The notes beneath the pieces were generated by a model. That model worked only from the letters and a program-made list of their open reading frames with translations, did not search any database and had not been told where the DNA came from. Position numbers and translations under genes: made by a program. Shown here in pieces: positions 38,309 to 46,681 of a DNA stretch of 64,000 bases. Source of the stretch: an uncultured Eubacteriales bacterium (lineage in GTDB: Bacteria > Bacillota > Clostridia > Oscillospirales > CAG-272); contig CAJJIY010000001.1 in the NCBI GenBank assembly GCA_905187695.1, forward strand, positions 74,035 through 138,034. The letters run 5' to 3'. How positions within the stretch are numbered: the stretch's first letter is position 1; the number at the start of each line of letters is the position of its first letter.

Positions 38309-39364
38309 ATGAAAAAAACGCTTGCACTGCTCTGCTCTCTTCTCTTGCTTTTCACGCTGTTGCTCTCCTCCTGCAAAAAGGAAACGCCCTTGCCGGGTGA
38401 CGCCGGCCATGGTTCTGTAACGAATTCGCCAAACGATGAATCCGCACCTGCCAAGCCGGACGCTACACTTCCCGTCACGGTCTGGACGCTCAACGGCACG
38501 ACCGGATTCGGTATGGCCAAACTCATGGACAACGCCAAGAATCACACGGCGGCGCTCAACTATACTTTTTCCGTTAAAACCGATGCAACCTATATCCGTG
38601 ACAGCATTATCAACGGGAAAGGAGAAGGCGGAGAATGTCCGGATATTGCCGCCGTACCCACCAATGTGGCGGCCGCGCTTTACAACGCCACGAACGGCGG
38701 GGTCAAAATACTGGCCATCAATACGGCCGGCGTGCTTTATCTGGTCACGACCAACGGGCAGACCCCCGCAAGCCTTTCCGAATTGACCGGAAAAACCGTT
38801 TATTGTCCGGCTCAGAATCCGGCCTTCATTGCAAAGGCTCTTCTTCAGAAAGAAAATCTCGCGGATCGCATCACGCTGAACACCACCGACTATGCCGACC
38901 CGACCGAACTGCGCACCGCTGTGGCAAACGGCCTGGTAGAGTATGCTATTCTTCCGGAACCGATGGTGACCATCGCCGGGAAAGCCAATGCGAGGATGAA
39001 AGTGGCCGTGGATATTACTGCCGAATGGAATCAGCACTTCCCGGCCAACTCACTGGTACAGGGCTGTGTCATTGCCCGCACCGAATTTGTAAATGAGCAT
39101 CCGGCTGAAGTCAAAAAATTTTTGGAAGAATACAAAGCCTCCATTGATTATGTAAAAGCCAATCCGGATGCGGCCGGCACCATGATCGCTGACAACGGCA
39201 TTTTTGCCCAGGCACCCGTGGCGAAACTGGCCATTCCGAAATGTAACCTTTGCTACCTTTCCGGCGAAGAGATGAAAGCGGCCATGAAGGCTTTCCTTGC
39301 CGAAATGCCTGCGGCCTCTATCGGCGGAAAACTGCCGGGGGACGATTTTTATTTCGGCGCCTGA
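38309..39364 (+). CDS. ABC transporter substrate-binding lipoprotein (NMT1/THI5-like, NitT/TauT family)
   Basis: 351 aa from MKKTLALL. Lipobox LLSS|C. NMT1-like periplasmic binding fold. Confidence 0.8.
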   Translation: MKKTLALLCSLLLLFTLLLSSCKKETPLPGDAGHGSVTNSPNDESAPAKPDATLPVTVWTLNGTTGFGMAKLMDNAKNHTAALNYTFSVKTDATYIRDSIINGKGEGGECPDIAAVPTNVAAALYNATNGGVKILAINTAGVLYLVTTNGQTPASLSELTGKTVYCPAQNPAFIAKALLQKENLADRITLNTTDYADPTELRTAVANGLVEYAILPEPMVTIAGKANARMKVAVDITAEWNQHFPANSLVQGCVIARTEFVNEHPAEVKKFLEEYKASIDYVKANPDAAGTMIADNGIFAQAPVAKLAIPKCNLCYLSGEEMKAAMKAFLAEMPAASIGGKLPGDDFYFGA

Positions 39365-39377
39365 CCGCACGCTATCT

Positions 39378-40154
39378 ATGGAAAAATTTAAAAAATGGCT
39401 TTGGCCGGCGTTTTCGCTGCTCTTTTTTGTCGCTTTGTGGGCTATACTCTCCGCTGCATTTGATAAACCGCTGCTTTTCCCAACGCCCCTGGCAACGCTA
39501 CGGGCACTCTTCCAGCTTCTTGGAACAGCCGATTTTTATAAAACGGTGGCCTTCTCTCTTCTGCGGATCCTCTCCGGTATTCTGTTAGCGCTTCTTTGCG
39601 GTGCAGTACTGGCCTTTTTAACCGTTCGTTTTTCCGTGCTTCACCATCTTTTGTCGCCGTTTTTCACGCTTTTCAAAGCCACGCCGATTGCGCCGGTGAT
39701 TTTTTTGCTACTTCTCTGGGTAGGCCGCGTCCGGATTCCGATGCTGATCTCCTTCATGATGGCTCTGCCGATTGTTTGGGGTAATCTGCGCGAAGGGATC
39801 CTTTGCACCGACCGAAATCTTTTGGAAATGGCCACGCTTTATCGCGTTCCCCGCGCCAGACAGATCCGCCGCATTTATTTTCCCTCCATTCTCCCCTATT
39901 TTTTGGCCGCCTGTCGCTCTTCACTGAGTCTTTCCTGGAAGGCCGGTATTGCCGCCGAGGTGCTCTGCACTCCTAAAAATTCTATCGGCACACACATCTA
40001 TGAAGGAAAACTCTATCTGCTCACGGACGAAATGTTTGCCTGGACGCTGACAGTTATTCTGCTCAGTCTTCTGATCGAAAAAGGCGCGCTTTCTCTCTTG
40101 CAGATGACCGGAAAGAATCGGATTGGGGATTTGGAAAAGGAGGATGCCGCATGA
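39378..40154 (+). CDS. ABC transporter permease (NitT/TauT family)
   Basis: 258 aa, 6 TM segments. BPD_transp_1-type conserved loop. Confidence 0.85.
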   Translation: MEKFKKWLWPAFSLLFFVALWAILSAAFDKPLLFPTPLATLRALFQLLGTADFYKTVAFSLLRILSGILLALLCGAVLAFLTVRFSVLHHLLSPFFTLFKATPIAPVIFLLLLWVGRVRIPMLISFMMALPIVWGNLREGILCTDRNLLEMATLYRVPRARQIRRIYFPSILPYFLAACRSSLSLSWKAGIAAEVLCTPKNSIGTHIYEGKLYLLTDEMFAWTLTVILLSLLIEKGALSLLQMTGKNRIGDLEKEDAA

Positions 40155-40753
40155 TCGAACTGACACACATTTCAAAAAGCTATCCGCAAAAAACCGTCAT
40201 TCAGGATCTTTCTTTCTGCTTGCCGGAACGCGGTATTTTTTGCCTGATGGGTCCCTCCGGGTGCGGCAAGACTACGCTGCTAAAAATTATTGCCGGCTTG
40301 GAGGATCCAAGCAACGGTACTCTCACGGTAGATGTCGCCAAAAAAGCTATGGTTTTTCAGGAAGATCGGCTTGTTCCGTGGCTGACATCGGAAGAAAACA
40401 TAAGATTGGTTCTTCCAAAAGGTAAAAACAGTTCTTTTTTGGCACAAGATCTTCTTGCGTCATTGGGTCTTCAAAAAGCTACAAACGCGCTTCCGGGCAC
40501 ACTTTCCGGCGGAATGAAGCGCCGGGTTTCACTTGCCCGTGCGTTGGCTGTCCGTGCAGATCTGCTCCTTCTTGATGAACCGTTTACCGGACTGGATGAT
40601 GAAAGCAAAAAAAATGCCGCCGCTTTGATCCGGAAAGAAGGCACCCGTGCGCTTGTCATTGCCGTTACTCACAATGCCGAAAATGCCGGACTGCTTGACG
40701 CCCGAATTCTTTGGTGCGCGGGCGCTCCGCTGTCCGAACTATTACCGGAATAA
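40151..40753 (+). CDS. ABC transporter ATP-binding protein (compact, 200 aa)
   Basis: Walker A GPSGCGKTT, signature LSGGMKRR, Walker B LLLLDEPF. ATGA overlap with the permease. Confidence 0.88.
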   Translation: MIELTHISKSYPQKTVIQDLSFCLPERGIFCLMGPSGCGKTTLLKIIAGLEDPSNGTLTVDVAKKAMVFQEDRLVPWLTSEENIRLVLPKGKNSSFLAQDLLASLGLQKATNALPGTLSGGMKRRVSLARALAVRADLLLLDEPFTGLDDESKKNAAALIRKEGTRALVIAVTHNAENAGLLDARILWCAGAPLSELLPE

Positions 40754-40755
40754 CA

Positions 40756-40795
40756 AAGAAGCTCCGGGAGGGATCCCCTCCCGGAGCTTTTTGTT
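40756..40795. terminator. bidirectional terminator between convergent genes
   Basis: GCTCCGGGAGGG-ATC-CCCTCCCGGAGC flanked by A and T runs. Confidence 0.85.
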
Positions 40796-41848
40796 TTATT
40801 TGCGATATTTTTCCCGATACTCCGAAATCAATCTGTTTCGGTCCTCTTCCCGGATTCTTCGGAAAGCCTCCACGGTTTTGTTCCAGGTGCGCAAGGGGTT
40901 GTTGGCGCGATAATCATTGGATTCGCTTCCCATATAGCCCCAGGCGAGAATAGTTCGGGCACCAGCGTCATAGGCCGCCTGCGTAGCCGGAATGATTTCT
41001 TCCTCCCGACCGTTCGGAACATGATAGGTCTGAATCCAAAGGTTATGGTCCTTTCCGAAACGCTCGGAAATGTCCAGATTCTTTTTGCTTTCACGATAAA
41101 CAAACTCATATGGATTTACATCTTTTTTGCCATACCAATAAGGGTCAGAGCCTACATTTTCCACGGTATCAAGCGAGCAAAGACGGTCAAGTGTGTCCAA
41201 ATTAATACCCAGGTTTGCTCCCAACATCACGCAGACCACATTCCGGATGCCGAGCGAAGCGGAATATGCCGTGATCTCTTTAAAGTAGTCCACAATGGTT
41301 TCGGTGCGGAAATCGGCCGCATCCGCGTCCAGAAAAGCGGGCATCGGCTTGTTATAACGGGCTTCAAATTTTTTGCGGCAAGTTTTACAGCAACAACCAT
41401 ACACCAAACCGTTTTCGGTTTTCTTTGTCGGAAGGAAAGGCTCGTCCCAAAAAATGGTCCTGCCACCGAGCGCATAGACCGTATCAATCCATTCTTTCAC
41501 AAAAGCGCGAAAATCGGGGCTGTTCAGACAGGCGTTTACCGGGGCCATTTCTCCGTTTGAATAGATAATGTGGCTTTCCGGATGATAGGCCAAAAAATGC
41601 GATTTGTCACCGGGAGGGCCTCCGAGTCCCCAGTTGTCCACCCACACTTCCATGCCGGCATCCTCTGTCATCTTAAAGATGTCGCCCATGACGGTTTTAT
41701 GGCGGTCCCAGTCTGTGTGGGAAAACATATGTACCACAATGTCCATATCGGCACGGACAATTTCCTTCAGGTCTTCCCGATAATGGGAAGGCATCCGGTT
41801 GCCGTGGTAAGCAACACCTGTTTTCAGCTTCCTGTTATCCATACGCAT
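40796..41848 (-). CDS. uncharacterised protein, possibly a TIM-barrel glycoside-hydrolase-like fold, with a CCCxxC cysteine cluster
   Basis: 350 aa with good coding character and no family motif I can name. The alternating beta/alpha pattern and WDEPF-type block resemble GH-like TIM barrels (inference only). Confidence 0.45.
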   Translation of the reverse strand: MRMDNRKLKTGVAYHGNRMPSHYREDLKEIVRADMDIVVHMFSHTDWDRHKTVMGDIFKMTEDAGMEVWVDNWGLGGPPGDKSHFLAYHPESHIIYSNGEMAPVNACLNSPDFRAFVKEWIDTVYALGGRTIFWDEPFLPTKKTENGLVYGCCCKTCRKKFEARYNKPMPAFLDADAADFRTETIVDYFKEITAYSASLGIRNVVCVMLGANLGINLDTLDRLCSLDTVENVGSDPYWYGKKDVNPYEFVYRESKKNLDISERFGKDHNLWIQTYHVPNGREEEIIPATQAAYDAGARTILAWGYMGSESNDYRANNPLRTWNKTVEAFRRIREEDRNRLISEYREKYRK

Positions 41849-41993
41849 CTCCTTTATCAGAAGAATTCGGAACGCACCCTGCGTTTCCTTCGCTCAGTAT
41901 ACCAAAAAAGCGCCCTTTTGTCAATCCGGAAAACGATAAAAAGGGGCGGCCGCAAAGAACCGCTCCCTTTTTATTTGACCGTCACTCCGGATC

Positions 41994-42767
41994 TCAGATC
42001 TGTTCGCGCATCCTGGCCAGCGCCCCTTTTTCAAGGCGGGAAACCTGCGCCTGAGAAATTCCGATACTTTCGGCAATCTCCATTTGCGTTTTGTTGTTGA
42101 AAAAACGCATTTCAATAATTTTCCGCTCTCTGTCCGAAAGACGCTTCATCGCGTCCGAGAGCGCGATATTTTCCAACCAATGTTCGTCCCCGGAAGAAGT
42201 ATCGCTGATCTGATCCATCACATAAATAGAGTCTCCGTTTTCATTGTAAACCGGCTCAAACAGTGAAATCGGCTCCACAATCGCTTCCATCGCGTTAAGA
42301 ACCGCGTCCCGTCCTTCGCCCAGTCTTGCGGCAATCTCATCCAGCGACGGCTCATATTCTTTTTCTCTGGTCAGTTCTTCCCTTGCCTGCAACGCCCGAT
42401 ACGCCAGATCCCGAACGGAACGGCTGATGCGGATGGAATTGTTGTCTCTGAGATAGCGCCGGATTTCCCCGATGATCATCGGCACTGCATAGGTGGAGAA
42501 TTTCACATCCAACTCAATGTTAAAATGATCGACCGCCTTTACAAGCCCGATACAGCCAACCTGAAAAAGATCGTCCATATTCTCTTTCCGCCCGGAGAAG
42601 CGCTGTATGATGCTCAGAACCAGCCGAAGATTTCCATAGATCAGTTCTTCTCTTGCCTTGAAGTCTCCCGCTTTTGTCCGCTTTAACAGTTCCCGCTTTT
42701 CTTCATCCGTAAGCGTTTTTAATTGCGAAGTATTCACTCCGCAGATTTCCACTTTATTCCGATACAT
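41994..42767 (-). CDS. sigG: RNA polymerase sporulation sigma factor SigG (forespore late)
   Basis: 257 aa. N-terminus NKVEICGVNTSQL and the region 2 block NLRLVLSIIQRF...DDLFQVGCIGL...KFSTYAVPMIIGEIRRYLRDNN closely mirror B. subtilis SigG. RBS AAGGAG. Confidence 0.88.
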   Translation of the reverse strand: MYRNKVEICGVNTSQLKTLTDEEKRELLKRTKAGDFKAREELIYGNLRLVLSIIQRFSGRKENMDDLFQVGCIGLVKAVDHFNIELDVKFSTYAVPMIIGEIRRYLRDNNSIRISRSVRDLAYRALQAREELTREKEYEPSLDEIAARLGEGRDAVLNAMEAIVEPISLFEPVYNENGDSIYVMDQISDTSSGDEHWLENIALSDAMKRLSDRERKIIEMRFFNNKTQMEIAESIGISQAQVSRLEKGALARMREQI

Positions 42768-42794
42768 TTCATTCTCCTTATCTGGGAGTAATGA

Positions 42795-42824
42795 AAGTAT
42801 TGGCTCATCGCAAAATGAATATGC
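42795..42824 (-). promoter_or_regulatory. candidate forespore (sigma-F/sigma-G type) promoter for sigG
   Basis: On the minus strand: GCATA-15 nt-GCCAATACTT, compared with published consensus GCATR-15-GGnnAnAnTn. Lies ~30 nt upstream of the sigG RBS. Confidence 0.45.
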
Positions 42825-42857
42825 AAAAAGAGGACTGGGAAAAACCGGTATTTAAGA

Positions 42858-42882
42858 ACCCGCCGGGCATTGCCCGGCGGGT
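42858..42882 (-). terminator. GC-rich hairpin after the Gfo/Idh/MocA gene (weak U-tract)
   Basis: ACCCGCCGGGC-ATT-GCCCGGCGGGT. Confidence 0.55.
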
Positions 42883-42891
42883 TTCTCTTAT

Positions 42892-43974
42892 TCAGAATCT
42901 GTAAATATCACCGCTCTTGGATGATTCATAAATACCCTCCAGAATCCGGGTCACGCAGAAAGCCTGCTCCGGCAATGTGATGGGCGATTTATCCTCACGC
43001 ACGGCCTCAATCCAGAGCCGTTCCTCACGGTCTGCGGCGCTCTCGCCGGCCGCACCGTCATAAAATGCCGCGCCACCCGCTTTAAAGTTCGGCTTCATCA
43101 TATACTGCCGGCCACGGCGGATGCCGTTGATGCGGAGTCCGTCGTTCATGTCCGCACCGCCCTTGGTACCGCACACGGTGGTGACGGCTTCACGGACATC
43201 CAGCATATTGAGTGCCCAGGAAGATTCCAGAATGATGGTGGCGCCGTTCTCCATCACGACAAAACCGAATGCCGAATCTTCCACCGTGAACTTTTCAGGA
43301 TCCCAATTCCCCCAGGCGTTGCCCTGATCCGTGTCGCGGTTCAGTTTGTGATAAGTGGTACCCACGCAGTATTTGGGTTTATAATTGTTCATCATATAAA
43401 GCGTCAGATCAAGCGCGTGCGTACCGATATCGATCAGCGGACCGCCTCCCTGCTCATATTCATTGAGGAATACGCCCCAGGTCGGGACAGCGCGGCGGCG
43501 CAAAGCGGTTGCCTTGGCAAAATAAATCTCACCGAAAGTACCGGCGTCCGCCTCTTCCTTCATATAAACGGCATCATCACGGAAACGGCTCTGATAACCG
43601 ATGGTCAGTTTCTTGCCGGTTCTCTTAGCCGCGTCCAGCATTTTTTGGGCTTCCGCCGAATTGATGGCCATCGGCTTTTCGCACATAACATGCTTACCGG
43701 CCTCCAGCGCGTCTACTGTGATAAAACTGTGGGAGCGGTTCGGTGTGCAGACATGCACGACATCAATCTGGGGGTCGCTGAGCAGTTCCTTATAGTCGGT
43801 ATAGACCTTCGCGTCCGGCGTACCGTAGTCTGCGGCCGCTTTCCGGGCACGCTCCGGAATGATATCGCAAAAAGCGACCATCTGGCAGTCCTTCACCTTT
43901 TTGAGAGAAGGCATATGCTTGCCGTTGGCGATTCCGCCGCATCCGATGATACCGACCTTGATAAGTTGCGCCAT
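42892..43974 (-). CDS. Gfo/Idh/MocA family oxidoreductase
   Basis: 360 aa. N-terminal Rossmann KVGIIGCGGIANGKH, EKP motif (MCEKPMA) and C-terminal alpha/beta domain. RBS AAGGAGG. Confidence 0.88.
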   Translation of the reverse strand: MAQLIKVGIIGCGGIANGKHMPSLKKVKDCQMVAFCDIIPERARKAAADYGTPDAKVYTDYKELLSDPQIDVVHVCTPNRSHSFITVDALEAGKHVMCEKPMAINSAEAQKMLDAAKRTGKKLTIGYQSRFRDDAVYMKEEADAGTFGEIYFAKATALRRRAVPTWGVFLNEYEQGGGPLIDIGTHALDLTLYMMNNYKPKYCVGTTYHKLNRDTDQGNAWGNWDPEKFTVEDSAFGFVVMENGATIILESSWALNMLDVREAVTTVCGTKGGADMNDGLRINGIRRGRQYMMKPNFKAGGAAFYDGAAGESAADREERLWIEAVREDKSPITLPEQAFCVTRILEGIYESSKSGDIYRF

Positions 43975-44091
43975 GTTTTAAATCCTCCTTATCGTTTGAA
44001 ACGATTTATTATGATTCAGTGCCATTATATCGGTGTCTGAAAAAAAGTAAATATAATTTCGGACATATCATATTTGAATTTGGATATTTTA

Positions 44092-44826
44092 TTACTCAAT
44101 GACATAAGGTTCGCCGCTGTCGATCGTGCGGACATGCGGGCAAGCGATCTCCATGCGGCAATCCGGCGCAAGATAACGCACTGCGTTAAGCAAAACGCGC
44201 TGAACATTTGGATCATAATAGGTCGGAAAAGACTCGTGTCCGGGCTGGAAATAAAAGATCTTGCCGTTTCCGCGTTCCCACAGACAACCGGAACGCAGAA
44301 CCTCACCGCCGGAAAAAGAACCGATAAACAACAGTTTGTCCGGCGTGGGGATTACAAACGGTTCCCCATAGGTTTCTTCCTTCGGGAGTCGGAAATAGCG
44401 GTCAATTCCGCGGGTGATGGGATGAGCCGGTTCTGTCACCCAAAGGATTTCGCTGTCGCCGCTTTCGCGCCAGGTCAGGTTGCAGGAAGTACCCATCAGT
44501 CTTTTGAAGGGCTTGGAATGGTGTGCCGAATGAAGGAAAATCACCCCCATACCGGAAAGAACCGCTTCCGTGACCATCTCGACCACCTCATCTGGCACCT
44601 CCTGATGCTTGACATGCCCCCACCATAGAAGCACATCTGTTTCGGCAAGCAGTTCCCGGCTGATACCGCAGTTCGGATCATCCAGTGTGGCGGTTTTCAC
44701 CGCAATATCCTCTTCCCGCCCCAAAAACTCGGAAATCGCGCCGTGAATACCACTTGGATAGATCTTCCCGATTTTCTCGCTATTCTTTTCGTGATAAAAC
44801 TCATTCCAGACTAAAACGCGAATCAT
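44092..44826 (-). CDS. ThuA domain-containing protein (trehalose-utilisation-like)
   Basis: 244 aa. MIRVLVWNE...HE N-terminus and ThuA-like class I glutamine amidotransferase-like fold. Adjacent to a Gfo/Idh/MocA partner, as is typical. Confidence 0.78.
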   Translation of the reverse strand: MIRVLVWNEFYHEKNSEKIGKIYPSGIHGAISEFLGREEDIAVKTATLDDPNCGISRELLAETDVLLWWGHVKHQEVPDEVVEMVTEAVLSGMGVIFLHSAHHSKPFKRLMGTSCNLTWRESGDSEILWVTEPAHPITRGIDRYFRLPKEETYGEPFVIPTPDKLLFIGSFSGGEVLRSGCLWERGNGKIFYFQPGHESFPTYYDPNVQRVLLNAVRYLAPDCRMEIACPHVRTIDSGEPYVIE

Positions 44827-44844
44827 GATTTTCTCCTTTTGTTT

Positions 44845-45705
44845 TTATTTGTCCTTTAACGCCATGCGCGCCGCGCAGAGCGTATTTTTCAGCAACATCG
44901 CGATGGTCATCGGCCCCACGCCGCCCGGGACCGGCGTGATCGCGGCAGCCACCGGTTCCACTGCGGCAAAGTTGACATCCCCGCAGAGTTTTCCGTCCGC
45001 AGGACGCCGGTTCATTCCGACATCAATCACCACCGCGCCTTTTTTGACATAAGTCTCGTCAAAAAATTCCGGGCGGCCGATGGCGCACACCAAAATATCC
45101 GCGCGACGGCAGACCTCTTTTAGATTCTTTGTGCGGCTGTGGCAAACGGTCACCGTGCCGTTTTGATGGAGCAAAAGCATGGCCATCGGCTTTCCCACAA
45201 TATTGGAACGGCCAACCACCACACATTCGCGCCCGGATACTTCAATACCGCTGCGCGAAAGCAGTTCCATCACGCCCGCCGGTGTGCACGGAAGCAGATC
45301 AAAATTGCCAATCATGATCTTTCCTACATTATAGGGGTGAAAAGCGTCCACATCTTTGGCGGGGTCAATCGCCAGCAGCACCTTCTGCTCCGACAGATGG
45401 GAAGGAAGCGGCAACTGAACCAGGATCCCGTGGATTTTGGGATCGTGATTCAACTCATCAATCAGGGCAAGCAACGCCTCTTCGCTGATATCTCCCGGCA
45501 ATTCGCAGATCCGGGAGAAAAATCCGACTTCGGCTGCCGCTTTTTTCTTGTTCCGCACATAAACCTGAGAGGCGGGATTGTCCCCGGCAATAATCACCGC
45601 CAAACCCGGTTTCACACCGGATTCATGCTCAAAAGCTTCCGCTTCTTTGGCAATTTCGGCCCGCACCTCTCCGGCAATGCGCTTTCCGTCAATGATGGTC
45701 GCCAT
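44845..45705 (-). CDS. folD: bifunctional methylenetetrahydrofolate dehydrogenase (NADP+)/methenyltetrahydrofolate cyclohydrolase
   Basis: 286 aa from MATIIDGKRIA. Family blocks VGDNPASQVYV, GILVQLPLP and PGGVGPMT. Confidence 0.93.
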   Translation of the reverse strand: MATIIDGKRIAGEVRAEIAKEAEAFEHESGVKPGLAVIIAGDNPASQVYVRNKKKAAAEVGFFSRICELPGDISEEALLALIDELNHDPKIHGILVQLPLPSHLSEQKVLLAIDPAKDVDAFHPYNVGKIMIGNFDLLPCTPAGVMELLSRSGIEVSGRECVVVGRSNIVGKPMAMLLLHQNGTVTVCHSRTKNLKEVCRRADILVCAIGRPEFFDETYVKKGAVVIDVGMNRRPADGKLCGDVNFAAVEPVAAAITPVPGGVGPMTIAMLLKNTLCAARMALKDK

Positions 45706-46681
45706 GTTCTTCCTCCTTTGAAGCGCTTTCCTCTTTTTCCTTTGTTTTTCTGACCAGTTCGTCAATCTGCGCGGCGGCTTCCTCGTCTTTGTCCGCCGGC
45801 GTGGTCACACGGAAACCGATGGATTTTTCATATACCGGCGCATAGCCTTCCCGGTCCAGCTCCGCCCGCTTGGCGCGGATAAGGAAGTAAACCAGCAATG
45901 CGGTGCAGATGGCAAAGCAAAGAAATCCGACAATCTGCGAGATCCGGAAAACGCCGATATAAAGGCTGTCGGTGCGAAGCCCTTCAATAAACATCCGGCC
46001 GAATCCGTACCAAGCAAGGTACATGAGCGTCACCTGACCGTTGAATTTCTTTTTCTTATAAAAAATATTGATCAGAATAAAACCGATGAGGTTCCACACC
46101 GATTCATAAAGGAAAGTGGGATGATAATAACAAAGCCGGCCGTTTTCATAAAGCCCCATCCGCAGGAAAAAGCGCTCGCTTGTGGCAATGCCATGCGCTT
46201 CACCGTTGACAAAATTGCCCCACCGACCGATGATCTGCCCCAACATTACGCCGGGCGACACCATATCAAAAACCGAAAAGATCTTGTCTTTGCCAAAGTG
46301 TTTATGTCGGCTCACCAGGAAAAGCGCCAGCGCGCCACCGATGATGGCCCCGTAAATGGCAATGCCGCCTTCCCAGATGGCAATGACATCATAAAAGCTG
46401 TGGTAAAGCCCGTCCTTGATGGTCGTGAGTACATAATAGGTCCGTGCGCCAAGGATTGCCAGAAGCACTGTAACGATGAAATAGTCATAAACATCATCGC
46501 TTGAAATTCCCTCAAACTTGGCACGATAAAGCGCATAAAGCAAGCCCGCAATAATCCCCAGTGTCAGAATAATCGCGTACCAGCGGATCTCCAGCCCGCC
46601 GAAGATCGGCAGGGTGAAGGCCACTTTATTCATTGTAAATTCCCCGATACCCAGACCGGGAAAGGAGACAACGGTTTTCAT
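45689..46681 (-). CDS. lgt: prolipoprotein diacylglyceryl transferase (with a ~60-aa charged C-terminal extension)
   Basis: 330 aa. IGRWGNFVNGEAHG signature. ATGA overlap with the upstream M16 gene and a 17-nt overlap with folD. Confidence 0.9.
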   Translation of the reverse strand: MKTVVSFPGLGIGEFTMNKVAFTLPIFGGLEIRWYAIILTLGIIAGLLYALYRAKFEGISSDDVYDYFIVTVLLAILGARTYYVLTTIKDGLYHSFYDVIAIWEGGIAIYGAIIGGALALFLVSRHKHFGKDKIFSVFDMVSPGVMLGQIIGRWGNFVNGEAHGIATSERFFLRMGLYENGRLCYYHPTFLYESVWNLIGFILINIFYKKKKFNGQVTLMYLAWYGFGRMFIEGLRTDSLYIGVFRISQIVGFLCFAICTALLVYFLIRAKRAELDREGYAPVYEKSIGFRVTTPADKDEEAAAQIDELVRKTKEKEESASKEEEHGDHH

